Part shown: piece after piece, positions 17,807 to 26,762 of the stretch
How the letters are laid out: each line of letters begins with the position of its first letter
How positions within the stretch are numbered: the stretch's first letter is position 1
Assembly: GCA_964406495.1 (NCBI GenBank)
Contig: CAYOSB010000001.1
Location: 716 to 64,715, forward strand
DNA length: 64,000 nucleotides
Reading direction: 5' to 3'
From: an uncultured Bacteroidaceae bacterium
Lineage (GTDB): Bacteria > Bacteroidota > Bacteroidia > Bacteroidales > GCA-2748055
The notes under the pieces: generated by a model
Databases searched by the model: none
Told to the model about the DNA's origin: nothing
Seen by the model: the letters and a program-made list of their open reading frames with translations, nothing else
Translations under genes and position numbers: made by a program

Positions 17807-20782
17807 CTATATAGAGGAAAGGTACGCACGCAGGGAATCGGAACCCTCCAATCCAAGCTTTTTCCTCAGCCGGTGCCTGTCGTTTTCAATTGCCCTGATG
17901 GTTTTATGCATGTATTCAGCGATTTCCTTGGTGGAGAGGTTCATCCGGACATACGCCGCAATCTTGATCTCGGAAAGGGTCATATCAGGATGTTTCTCCC
18001 TGAGTATGCTTATAAAATTATTATAAGTAATATCAAGCTGGGGCTCAATGTGTTTCCAGTCTTTGTCTGAGGAGATCTCGGAATCAATTTCCTGGATGAT
18101 ACCCTCCAGTCCTGTTTTCACACTTTCCCTTGCCTTCAGCGAGAGTCCCGTCAACCTGTTCTTCAGTTCAAGCAGGTTGCGGTTCCGGTTCAGCCGGAAG
18201 AATGTTAATTTTTTAAGTTCGCTCTCAAGATTCTCCTTTTCAAGCTGCATGATGCGCTTTTCTTGTTGGGCGCGTTCCTGGAGAAATGAATTCTTGTATG
18301 ATTGCAAGCGGGTCATATACACGTAGAATATGGCCAGCGCCACCACCATTACAACTATTGTGATAAACCACCAGGTACTCCAGAAGGGAGGCAATACGCT
18401 GATTTTCAACTCCCGGGTATTGAAACCCCACTTGCCATCATTGTTGGAGGCCTTAACTTTGAATATATAGTCTCCCGGTTTCAGGTTGGAATAAGTGGCA
18501 ATCCGCCTGTCCGAAGAGGTTTCAACCCAATCCTCCTCGAAGCCTTCCAGCATGTACATAAATTCGCATTTCTCGGGGTGAACAAAATTAAGCGCCGCAA
18601 ACTCAATGCTGAACAATTTATCGTCGTGTGAGAGCGTAATCTGATCCGTATAAGTGAGCAGGTGGTCGAGGATCACCCTCCCGTTCACCATATCGCCGAC
18701 TTCTACACGGTCGTTCATGATCTCCAGTTCTGTCAGCACAACCCGCGGTATATTCTGGTTAAATACCATCTCTGTGGGTTCGATCACATCGATACCGTTG
18801 ACAGAACCTGCCAGCATCCTGCCATCATTTAATTCAATGATCGCATCGGAATTAAATTCATTTGCAGCAAGCCCATCGGATTCAAAGTAGTTCAGTATAA
18901 CACCTGTGACAGGATTGTACATGGCCAAACCATTTCCAGTTGTGATCCAAATGATCCCCCGGTTGTCCTCAGCGATTCCCTGGATGATATTGTCCGGCAA
19001 TCCATCATCGACCGACATTTGCCGGACCTCTCCGCTCTTTTTATTTAATATGAAAACACCCTGTCCCTCTGTACCGATCCACACCAGTCCTTTCCTGTCC
19101 TGGAATAGTGATCTGACCATGCAAGACTGCAGGATACTGCTGTCTCCGCGCAACATGGGTTCTGTCATGGTACCGGTCTGCCTGTCCAGTATGTTCACCC
19201 CGTTACCTTCGGTTCCGAACCAGAGGTCGCCGTCAGCATCTTCCAGGATCACCATAATATTCGGATGGTTGACCCGGTTACGTTCAGAGGATGCCATTCC
19301 CATGTTCAGGAAAGATTTTTCCACCGGATCATAAAGATCGAGACCATTCCCCAGCAGCCCCAGCCATATATTATCCCGGCTATCTCGGTAAATATCCCAT
19401 ATGCTGGAGGAATGCACTGATCCGGGACCCCCTCCCTGTTCGAAAATTTGAAATTTCCCGGTGACAGGATCCAGGATATTGAATCCTGCCGCATAGGTGC
19501 CGATCAAAATATTTCCGTCGGCGTCCTGACCGATACTGGTGATTACATCAGAAGATACGGATTGTTCGTCGAGTGGATCATGACGGTAGATAACAGGAGC
19601 ACCTGATTGCGGAAAACAATACAAACCATCACCGTCCGTTCCGGCCCAAACAGTACCGCGTCTATCCTGGAACAAAGTCAGCACCGATTTACGGAGCAGC
19701 AGGTCGAGGTCGGATGGTTGGAACAATGTCCGCTCAAAATTGTTAGCGAGCGAATTAATGTGCACCACTCCTTTATCAAACAGTCCTACCCAAATATGAT
19801 TCTGCATGTCCTGGTAAATGGCATACACCTGGTCTCCAGGTAATACTCCAAGTGGACCCGGAGCGGAGGAAAGGTAAGAAAAGCGGTTGGTTTCAGGATC
19901 CATGATATTGATCCCGTTGCCATCGGTGGAGATCCAGATCATTCCCTCCTGGTCAACAAGCATGTCCCCATTAAGGATGTTGGTATTCAGTCCGCTGTTC
20001 TCCTCGGTGAATATCTCAGAGACACCGGTTTGCGGATCATAACTGCACAGACCATGCTGGTTGGCGCTGATCCATATCCGGCCCTGGAGATCTTCTGCAA
20101 GACGTTTCCTGTATTCGACCATCAGCCCGGGGTCACGTTCATATTGAATATCCGTGAAACGACCTGTCTGAGGATCAAAACGCTGAATCGCCTGGTCCCA
20201 GGTCGCCACATAATATTCTCCGCTGCTGGTCTGCATAAAATCCGAAACCTGGTTGGAGTTCAGCGAAAAAGGATTGCCGGGATCCACCTGGTAGATCAGA
20301 AAATCATTGGTCTCCGGCCGGTATCTTGCCAGGCCGTTGTCGGTACACAACCATACCGTACTATCCCCCGATACGGAGATATTGTTGATCCTGCTGCCCA
20401 GCTCGGGCTGAGCGTCAAACTGTTCAAAGACCGCAGTTTCGCGGTTGAGCCGGTTGATCCCACTCTGAAAAGTTCCTATCCACAAAAAACCCTCTCCGTC
20501 TTCATTGATGCTGAGGATGCGATTCCCGGAGATAGCCCCGGGTGCCAGGGCATGCCTGAAATTAAGGATCTCAAACCCATCATACCTGCCCAGTCCGTTA
20601 CGTGTACCGAACCAGATAAACCCGTCCGAATCCTGGAAAATACATTCAACCTGGTTATGTCCGAGCCCGTCTTCCCTGGTGATACGCTCGAGGTCAAATG
20701 GTGAATCTTCTACCTGCGCCGCTGTTATGGAAACGAAAAACAACAGGTACAGAAAAAAAAACGTGATTGTTCTTTGCTTCAT
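17807..20782 (-). CDS. Transmembrane one-component regulator: periplasmic two-component-regulator-propeller repeats + Y_Y_Y domain, one TM helix, cytoplasmic LuxR-type HTH
   Basis: Signal/anchor sequence, then many propeller repeats (G..W.GT..GL). The triple-Tyr region is YMLEGFEEDW...YSNLKPGDYIFKVKA. The TM helix is WWFITIVVMVVALAIFYVYM, followed by a coiled coil. The C-terminal HTH is LSEIKIAAYVRMNLSTKEIAEYMHKTIRAIENDRHRLRKKLGL. No histidine-kinase or receiver motifs are visible. Confidence 0.85.
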   Translation of the reverse strand: MKQRTITFFFLYLLFFVSITAAQVEDSPFDLERITREDGLGHNQVECIFQDSDGFIWFGTRNGLGRYDGFEILNFRHALAPGAISGNRILSINEDGEGFLWIGTFQSGINRLNRETAVFEQFDAQPELGSRINNISVSGDSTVWLCTDNGLARYRPETNDFLIYQVDPGNPFSLNSNQVSDFMQTSSGEYYVATWDQAIQRFDPQTGRFTDIQYERDPGLMVEYRKRLAEDLQGRIWISANQHGLCSYDPQTGVSEIFTEENSGLNTNILNGDMLVDQEGMIWISTDGNGINIMDPETNRFSYLSSAPGPLGVLPGDQVYAIYQDMQNHIWVGLFDKGVVHINSLANNFERTLFQPSDLDLLLRKSVLTLFQDRRGTVWAGTDGDGLYCFPQSGAPVIYRHDPLDEQSVSSDVITSIGQDADGNILIGTYAAGFNILDPVTGKFQIFEQGGGPGSVHSSSIWDIYRDSRDNIWLGLLGNGLDLYDPVEKSFLNMGMASSERNRVNHPNIMVILEDADGDLWFGTEGNGVNILDRQTGTMTEPMLRGDSSILQSCMVRSLFQDRKGLVWIGTEGQGVFILNKKSGEVRQMSVDDGLPDNIIQGIAEDNRGIIWITTGNGLAMYNPVTGVILNYFESDGLAANEFNSDAIIELNDGRMLAGSVNGIDVIEPTEMVFNQNIPRVVLTELEIMNDRVEVGDMVNGRVILDHLLTYTDQITLSHDDKLFSIEFAALNFVHPEKCEFMYMLEGFEEDWVETSSDRRIATYSNLKPGDYIFKVKASNNDGKWGFNTRELKISVLPPFWSTWWFITIVVMVVALAIFYVYMTRLQSYKNSFLQERAQQEKRIMQLEKENLESELKKLTFFRLNRNRNLLELKNRLTGLSLKARESVKTGLEGIIQEIDSEISSDKDWKHIEPQLDITYNNFISILREKHPDMTLSEIKIAAYVRMNLSTKEIAEYMHKTIRAIENDRHRLRKKLGLEGSDSLRAYLSSI

Positions 20783-20804
20783 TGGATCAACTCCCGATGG
20801 TCTT

Positions 20805-20812
20805 CAAATATA
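20805..20812 (-). promoter_or_regulatory. -7 promoter box TATATTTG
   Basis: Plus-strand CAAATATA, 23 nt upstream of the regulator ATG at 20782. The octamer is identical to the one in front of the second regulator (26763-26770). Confidence 0.5.
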
Positions 20813-20907
20813 ATATTTTAGATCCAATCGGTATGCAATTTTAACCAAACAATCCTTATGCCGTTGAAGCAGTTTCCCGGGATGTCTTACTGACAGGACA
20901 ATTAGTT

Positions 20908-23370
20908 TTACCGGATAAATACCTTCTTATAAACCGGAGCCGCCTTCGTCTCGAGGGTCACTACATAGATGCCGGGTTGCAGGTTCGTACGGACTTCATT
21001 ATAGGATGATCGCTCAAGGGAATGGATCTCAACCAGTCTGCCGGCTGCACTAAACACTTTTATTTGCTCCGGTAACATGTCCATATCATTGGTCTTTATT
21101 ATAATTCGTTTACCTGCGGCATATATCTCTACTCCAAAGGGATCTTCGAATAATGGAGCGTTTGCATCCACGGTAATTACTTCAGTGACCAATGGCTTAA
21201 AACCATTTAAAATCCGGTCATCAATCTCCAAAGTAAATGCTGCATCGTCACTCGATGCACTCGGACTCATCAGGAGTGAAAGCGTTGCTGTGGATGGATT
21301 TTCATAATATACTGTATCGATTAACAGCAAGGGATTTGTTGCGTTCAGGTTAAAATACTTCTTCCGGAGACTGCTGTTGTCAAAATAATCATCCGTAAGA
21401 TCGAGCCGGAAACGCATATATACATCTACCGTTCCCAATTCGGAAATCGTTACCTCCGGTTCCAGGATCTTGCCGGTGAAATTGCTGTCCAGCCATGCCA
21501 GCCTGGCAAACAACCAGTTGCTGAAATAATTAACCTCATCCTGGTACGTATTATTCTCCCAGTCGTAATTGGGCCATACTTCGATCCCAAGGATGGGCCA
21601 GCGATCGAAATTGCGTTGCTGCGCAGCATCAATGTACCCGGTCAGGGAATCGATCAGGGCCTGGATGCTTGCATTGCTGAAGGCATTATCGCGCAGTTCA
21701 TTCCAGCGTGTGGTGGCCAGGTCATCGAACCAAGGATCATCGTTGAGCCTGTCCCACCAGAACATCATGCTCCAGTCGTAAGGCTGCAGGTCATCATACA
21801 GCCAGCCTGAGGTGATCAGTCCCTCCTCCCAGTAATTCACGTTCCCGTATCCCAGGTTGAAATCCCAGAGCGGACCGGCAAAGATCTCCCCGCCCTTGCT
21901 CTCCTTTTTCTTATAGAAATAATTGCTGTAGCGGTACTTGTCGACCTCCTTGGAGATCTCGCTCATCAGCATGAAATCCACGAAAGAACCTGTATTGAGG
22001 TACCTGTTGTACCCGAGTGCCGGATCATCGAAATAGCTGGAGATCAGCACGGCTTCTGCCTCAATAATAGCTTCTCCCAGGTAATTCCGCTGGGTTGCAG
22101 TAAGTTCATCGCTTCCCGGATCATAATACTGGTAAATAATATCTTTTGCATTTGGATAGGAGGGATCCGGGCTGGAACGGAATCCGTCAATCCCTTCCGT
22201 GTAATCAGGATCGATTTTATCCACTTTGAAGATGTAACCGCCCGTGAGTTCATCACCAGAATTTTCATGAGGCTCGAGACGTGCAATGTTCACACGGTTG
22301 TCGTCCCGCTTGATCTTTTCCATCAGGATATAAACCCCCCTGTAATCATTGTTCAGATATAATTCGACATAAGCCATGCGCGAACAATAGGTGTCCAGTT
22401 GCCTACCCAGCTCGAATGTGACGGCATTCCGCAGCATCGACTTGTCGCTGTAGGGTGCATACAGGATCCAGTCATTTTCCGCAGGCATGCCTAGCAACGG
22501 AATGTTCAGGTTTGCACCGGTCGAATCCTGTGTCTCGAGCCGGTAGGACTTCTTGGGGAACATCTGCGAAGACTGACCGCGTGTCTCAATGGTAATCCGG
22601 CCGTCATATTCATTGAAAGGGTCATTTGGTCGGTTCATCTGACCGGGACCATTGTAGATGATTCCCATATGTGCCACGATCCTCGGATCATCAATGATAT
22701 TTTGTCCGTTGGTATTGATCCGGATCACCGGAAGCCGGGTAGCGACTTCGTCCACCGGGGCAGTAAACCAATCCGGTGTCGGGGAGTAGAATGATCCGTC
22801 CGCCGTAATCGCAGCCTGCATATATATAATTGAAGAGAGGTCGGAGGAATTGATATTGTTGTTCAGAATATGCACCGCCAGCACATTGGTGCCTGTCTGT
22901 AACAATGAGGTATCGGCGTAATAACGCTCCGGCAGTCCCCCGAATTGCATCTGTGCTTCCCGGTGAGTGGTAAGTGCCCCGTCGAAGGCAGGGTTGTCGT
23001 CGATCACATTCGCCGACCGGGCAAATTCTACGCCGTTCAGGTAGGCCACGAAGGCATCGTCGTAATCGATGTCCAGCAGGAGCCGCCGGATCAGGGTATC
23101 CACAGGCACATTAAAAGCACGCCGTAGGTATAGGGAATTCACCGGATCGATCACTGTTGCATCGTCCCCGTCAGCATACCCGATCCCACCAGGACCTTCC
23201 ATCCAGGCACTGTCATCAAATCCAGGCATCATCCAGTCCGAAGGCGGTTCACTCACAGCAGGAAGATATTTCCAGTCCTGACTTGCCAGGATCACTGACT
23301 CCCAATGCCCTTGTCCGGCAACAAATACCGGAAAAAATAACAATATAACGATGACTAAATTGCGGTCCAT
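20908..23370 (-). CDS. CotH kinase-fold family protein with N-terminal galactose-binding-like domain and T9SS sorting domain
   Basis: Signal peptide MDRNLVIVILLFFPVFVAGQ. CotH-like core: FPKKSYRLE...WILYAPYSDKSMLRNAVTFELGR...YRGVYILMEKIKRD. The C-terminus (KVFSAAGRLVEIHS...GIYVVTLE...KKVFIR) is T9SS CTD-like. Confidence 0.7.
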   Translation of the reverse strand: MDRNLVIVILLFFPVFVAGQGHWESVILASQDWKYLPAVSEPPSDWMMPGFDDSAWMEGPGGIGYADGDDATVIDPVNSLYLRRAFNVPVDTLIRRLLLDIDYDDAFVAYLNGVEFARSANVIDDNPAFDGALTTHREAQMQFGGLPERYYADTSLLQTGTNVLAVHILNNNINSSDLSSIIYMQAAITADGSFYSPTPDWFTAPVDEVATRLPVIRINTNGQNIIDDPRIVAHMGIIYNGPGQMNRPNDPFNEYDGRITIETRGQSSQMFPKKSYRLETQDSTGANLNIPLLGMPAENDWILYAPYSDKSMLRNAVTFELGRQLDTYCSRMAYVELYLNNDYRGVYILMEKIKRDDNRVNIARLEPHENSGDELTGGYIFKVDKIDPDYTEGIDGFRSSPDPSYPNAKDIIYQYYDPGSDELTATQRNYLGEAIIEAEAVLISSYFDDPALGYNRYLNTGSFVDFMLMSEISKEVDKYRYSNYFYKKKESKGGEIFAGPLWDFNLGYGNVNYWEEGLITSGWLYDDLQPYDWSMMFWWDRLNDDPWFDDLATTRWNELRDNAFSNASIQALIDSLTGYIDAAQQRNFDRWPILGIEVWPNYDWENNTYQDEVNYFSNWLFARLAWLDSNFTGKILEPEVTISELGTVDVYMRFRLDLTDDYFDNSSLRKKYFNLNATNPLLLIDTVYYENPSTATLSLLMSPSASSDDAAFTLEIDDRILNGFKPLVTEVITVDANAPLFEDPFGVEIYAAGKRIIIKTNDMDMLPEQIKVFSAAGRLVEIHSLERSSYNEVRTNLQPGIYVVTLETKAAPVYKKVFIR

Positions 23371-23424
23371 ATCCGATCCTAATTATTGCAGATTAAGCTA
23401 TTGAAAGAATTACCGATTCAACTA

Positions 23425-23432
23425 CAAAGATA
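23425..23432 (-). promoter_or_regulatory. -7 promoter box TATCTTTG
   Basis: Plus-strand CAAAGATA. It is 55 nt upstream of the CotH ATG (23370) and just downstream of the terminator at 23441-23470. Confidence 0.4.
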
Positions 23433-23440
23433 GCTATTAA

Positions 23441-23470
23441 GAAAACAAGCTGCCCCTTTCGAGGCAGCTT
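23441..23470 (-). terminator. Intrinsic terminator after the 1001-aa binding-protein gene
   Basis: AAGCTGCC (23447-23454) pairs with GGCAGCTT (23463-23470). On the minus strand the hairpin is followed by GTTTTC. It lies 38 nt downstream of the stop at 23508. Confidence 0.6.
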
Positions 23471-23507
23471 GCATTCAGAATGTGCTATAATATAAGTATG
23501 TGAATCC

Positions 23508-26500
23508 TTATTGCACCACCAACTTTCTGGCAATAGTTTTCTGAGCGGAAGGGTCAGTCAGGCGCACTATAATCGCTCCTTCTGCATTGATTGCAAAATT
23601 GGATACATTTCCGGTCAACTGCTTCACCATCAATCTGCTTCCGGTCATGTCGTACACTTCAACGGTCCCATTAACAAATTCCCGGTCAGTTTCAATGCGT
23701 AACATGTCATTGGAAACATACATTTTTGCATTTTCAAAGCTGTTGTTCACAACTGATGTAGCAAGTGTAAACTCAACCGAATAGGTCTGCGTAGTGGTAC
23801 CATCCTCTGCCGTAACAACAACAGTTGATGTTCCGGGCAAAGCTGCAGCAGCATTTACTACAACTGAAGCATTCCCATCCGTGGGTGTAGCAGTTACTTC
23901 CGGCACATCCGTGGTTCCCTGCGCCAATTCCACCGAATAGGTCAGGGTGCCCGGATCGAAACCGGCAACAGTTGTACCATCCACCTGCAGGTCGCTCAAT
24001 GACGCATCATCATTGGCAGCAAGCGTAAACGCAACTGAGTAAGTACGTGTAGTGGTTCCATCCTCAGCTGTTACGACAACCGTAGTAGTTCCAGGAAGGG
24101 AAGCTGCAGCATTTACTACAGCAGAAGCATTTGCATCATTAGCATCAGCAGTAACAGCTGGAACATCTGTGGTACCATAAGGCAACTCCACGGTATAATC
24201 CAGCGTGGCCGGATCAAATCCTGCTACCGTAGCTCCATCCACCTGCAGGTCACTCAAAGCTGCATCATCTGACGCTGTAACTGTAACCAGCTCAATGTCA
24301 TCGAAAAGATATGTGAATTCGGCGGAACCGTCTCCTACTGTACCGAGATCGAAAATGAGCACAATTTTCTGGTAATCCTGTCCGTCAATGGCACTGTAAT
24401 CAAACGTCAGTTCTTCCCATGCATTACCGACAGTAGATGCAACCTCTTTTTCAAAAGCAATGGAACTATTTGTCAGGTTCTCAACCTTCAGCAGCACTTT
24501 ATCGCCGGCATTGGGGGCAAACACTTTCATTTTGAAAGTTTTATGCTCTGAAAAATCTATAGGTTCATCAAGCGTGATGTAACTGCCTCCCCAGGGCTGT
24601 CCGGTATTTTTTACCATCTGCGCCACTCTTGAACTTGTATTAATACCCGATGACTGGGGATTGTCGATAATTGTCACCTCGCCCCCGTCAAAATTATTGA
24701 ATGTATATTCTCCGGTTTCAAAATCAAGCGGAAGTTCCACAGATTCTATAAATTCTACGGTATATGTTTTTGTGGTAGTACCATCTGCAGCTGTCACAAG
24801 TATTGAAGTTGTTCCGGGAATTTCAGCTGCCGGAGTGACAACTGCATTGGCTGCATCATCTGTAGGAGTTGCAGTGACAGTCGGAACAACTGAGGTGCCC
24901 CTTGCCACTGTGAGCGTATAGTTTAATTTGCTATCTAAAAATCCTTCAATGGTTGTACCGTCTACCTGAAGGTCGCTCAATGTGGCATCAGAACCTGCAA
25001 CTACCTCTTCGCTGTAGAAATAGATATTGTCCAGGTAGATCGTCGACCCTGCAGTTCCGTCAAACTTGAATTGTATGACGTCTGCCAGGTTCACCACACT
25101 TGCGAATTCGGTAAGTGCGATATCATAACTGACCCACTGGCCGGATGTAATCGTCAACGCTGAGGCTGTTTCAACAGGACCGGAGCTGATCAGGGAGAAA
25201 TTAACCGCTGCTGCGTCATTTGTCCACATATCAATGTGCACGTAGTCCATTCCTGAAACATCAAGTGCACTTTCAAACTGTGTTCCCTGGTAATTCAGGT
25301 TCGCGTACTTCAGGGTTGCACTGCCTGCAATGTCTTCAGTGGTTACAACAGTTGATTGTCCCCAGTTCGGATTGAAATCAGTGTTGGCCACTTCATTGTA
25401 TGCATCACTGAAGACTGCAATTACATCGGCCGCATCTCTTGCAGGGGGAGTAGGAGCAGGTGCATCGGGACCCAGGACAGTCTCCTCAGAGAACATCACA
25501 TCGTCCCAGTAATAGACATCGTCTGCTCCGGCTACATCAAAATCAAAGAAAATGGAAAGCTTATCAAAATTGGTTGAAGGATCAAAGGGGTTGGTTCCCG
25601 GGGCAACGTTGCTGAAATCAAATACAAGCTCCTCCCAGGTATTTGCTACGGTGGTGGTTGCTTCTGTTTCAACTGTTTTCGTAGGATCTGTATGGTCCTC
25701 TGCTTTCAGGCGGATCTGCTTTCCGACAGCCGGGGAATATACTTTCACAGTCATGATTGTGGCCGACTGGGTAAAAGGAATCGCTGTTGCAAATCCTGCA
25801 TCTGTACCAACCGTGGTTCCTGCCCATGTCTCTGATCCGCTGGTTTTCGTGGTAATGGCAACTGTATTGGATGCATCGAGAGGATCTTCTCCGAGTACCG
25901 TTGAATTTCCACCGAAATCGGTAAGTGTATAATCCACCTGGTCACTTTCAAAGTCAACCGGAAGGTCGATCTGGTCCAGACCAGCGGGTGCCTCTGTAAG
26001 CACAATGTCGTCCAGTAAAAAGGTGAAATCAGCAGAGCCGTCTCCCTCTGTTCCATTTTCAAAAATAAGCACAATTTTCTGATAGGAATTTGCTGTATTA
26101 ATCGCACTGTAATCGAAGCTCAACTCCTCCCATTCATTGGCAACTGTTGTCAACACTTCTTTTTCGAATGCAATTCCACCATCAGTGAGATTTTCCACCT
26201 TCAGCAAGACTTTTGCTCCTACCTTCGGGGAATACACCTTCATTTTGAAGAGCTTGTTGGTTGTGAAATCAATCGGATTGTCCAGGGTAATAAAACTCCC
26301 TCCCCATGGTTGTCCTGCACTTTTAATCATCTGTGCCACCTTGGCACTGGTATTTATCCCGGAGGATTGCGGATTGTCAATGATGGTCAATGCGCCACCA
26401 TCGAAGTCAGTAATGTCATAGGTTCCTGTCTCAAAGTCAAGCGGAAGATCCGCGGCTTTCAGGAAACCAAACGATGCCAGGAGCATCACTAAAATAGTAG

Positions 26501-26513
26501 TTGTTTTTCTCAT
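23508..26513 (-). CDS. T9SS-secreted multi-module putative beta-glucan-binding protein (3 x X1 module, 1 x X2 module, 3 x cadherin-like beta-sandwich domains)
   Basis: Signal peptide MRKTTTILVMLLASFGFLKA. X1 modules start LPLDFETG.../LPVDFES... and contain NPQSSGINTS...GQPWGG. The X2 module contains DFNPNWGQST...LKYANLNYQGTQFE. Cadherin-like beta-sandwich repeats read LSDLQVDG(T/A)T(I/V)(E/A)GF...TYxVEF. The C-terminal about 80 aa look CTD-like. Confidence 0.75.
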   Translation of the reverse strand: MRKTTTILVMLLASFGFLKAADLPLDFETGTYDITDFDGGALTIIDNPQSSGINTSAKVAQMIKSAGQPWGGSFITLDNPIDFTTNKLFKMKVYSPKVGAKVLLKVENLTDGGIAFEKEVLTTVANEWEELSFDYSAINTANSYQKIVLIFENGTEGDGSADFTFLLDDIVLTEAPAGLDQIDLPVDFESDQVDYTLTDFGGNSTVLGEDPLDASNTVAITTKTSGSETWAGTTVGTDAGFATAIPFTQSATIMTVKVYSPAVGKQIRLKAEDHTDPTKTVETEATTTVANTWEELVFDFSNVAPGTNPFDPSTNFDKLSIFFDFDVAGADDVYYWDDVMFSEETVLGPDAPAPTPPARDAADVIAVFSDAYNEVANTDFNPNWGQSTVVTTEDIAGSATLKYANLNYQGTQFESALDVSGMDYVHIDMWTNDAAAVNFSLISSGPVETASALTITSGQWVSYDIALTEFASVVNLADVIQFKFDGTAGSTIYLDNIYFYSEEVVAGSDATLSDLQVDGTTIEGFLDSKLNYTLTVARGTSVVPTVTATPTDDAANAVVTPAAEIPGTTSILVTAADGTTTKTYTVEFIESVELPLDFETGEYTFNNFDGGEVTIIDNPQSSGINTSSRVAQMVKNTGQPWGGSYITLDEPIDFSEHKTFKMKVFAPNAGDKVLLKVENLTNSSIAFEKEVASTVGNAWEELTFDYSAIDGQDYQKIVLIFDLGTVGDGSAEFTYLFDDIELVTVTASDDAALSDLQVDGATVAGFDPATLDYTVELPYGTTDVPAVTADANDANASAVVNAAASLPGTTTVVVTAEDGTTTRTYSVAFTLAANDDASLSDLQVDGTTVAGFDPGTLTYSVELAQGTTDVPEVTATPTDGNASVVVNAAAALPGTSTVVVTAEDGTTTQTYSVEFTLATSVVNNSFENAKMYVSNDMLRIETDREFVNGTVEVYDMTGSRLMVKQLTGNVSNFAINAEGAIIVRLTDPSAQKTIARKLVVQ
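23754..24272 (-). repeat. Tandem 258-bp (86-aa) coding repeat: cadherin-like beta-sandwich domains 2 and 3
   Basis: GATGATGC... (DDA) recurs with its first codon at 24269 and again at 24011 on the minus strand. The protein copies DDAALSDLQVDGATVAGFDPATLDYTVEL... and DDASLSDLQVDGTTVAGFDPGTLTYSVEL... are highly similar. Confidence 0.8.
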
Positions 26514-26697
26514 AATCTTTGTACTGGTTTTGTTATGTATAATTATAAAATGTAATGCATGTGTCCTGCCGATTTAAGTGCAAGGAACAACAAGCATCCA
26601 TTCCTTGCTTTCGTGTTTCAAGATCCTGATCTCCATGCAGGATTTCCAAAAAACGAAAAGTAAATGTAAAATCCCTGCCACCACGACACAAGTTATA

Positions 26698-26752
26698 TAC
26701 TACATCAAGAATACATTGCAGGAAATTTATTACTACATCAATACTACATCAA
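26698..26752. promoter_or_regulatory. Exact 11-bp unit TACTACATCAA x3 (26698-26708, 26731-26741, 26742-26752; last two head-to-tail)
   Basis: Read directly from the sequence. The reverse complement is TTGATGTAGTA. The array ends 10 bp before the -7 box of the regulator gene, in the divergent intergenic region 26514-26797. Confidence 0.6.
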
Positions 26753-26762
26753 TAAATATGTA

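Noticed and set aside
23754-24990. Repeated about 258-bp blocks as a possible mobile element or IS remnant
   Set aside because: The repeats are in-frame cadherin-like beta-sandwich domain duplications within one intact ORF. There are no terminal inverted repeats or transposase.
26698-26752. Possibility that the short tandem repeats (here, 30020-30041, 17671-17690, 3647-3701) are CRISPR or minisatellite arrays
   Set aside because: The units are only 10-11 bp with no spacers and two or three copies. There are no cas genes. Their position at promoters fits protein-binding sites better.
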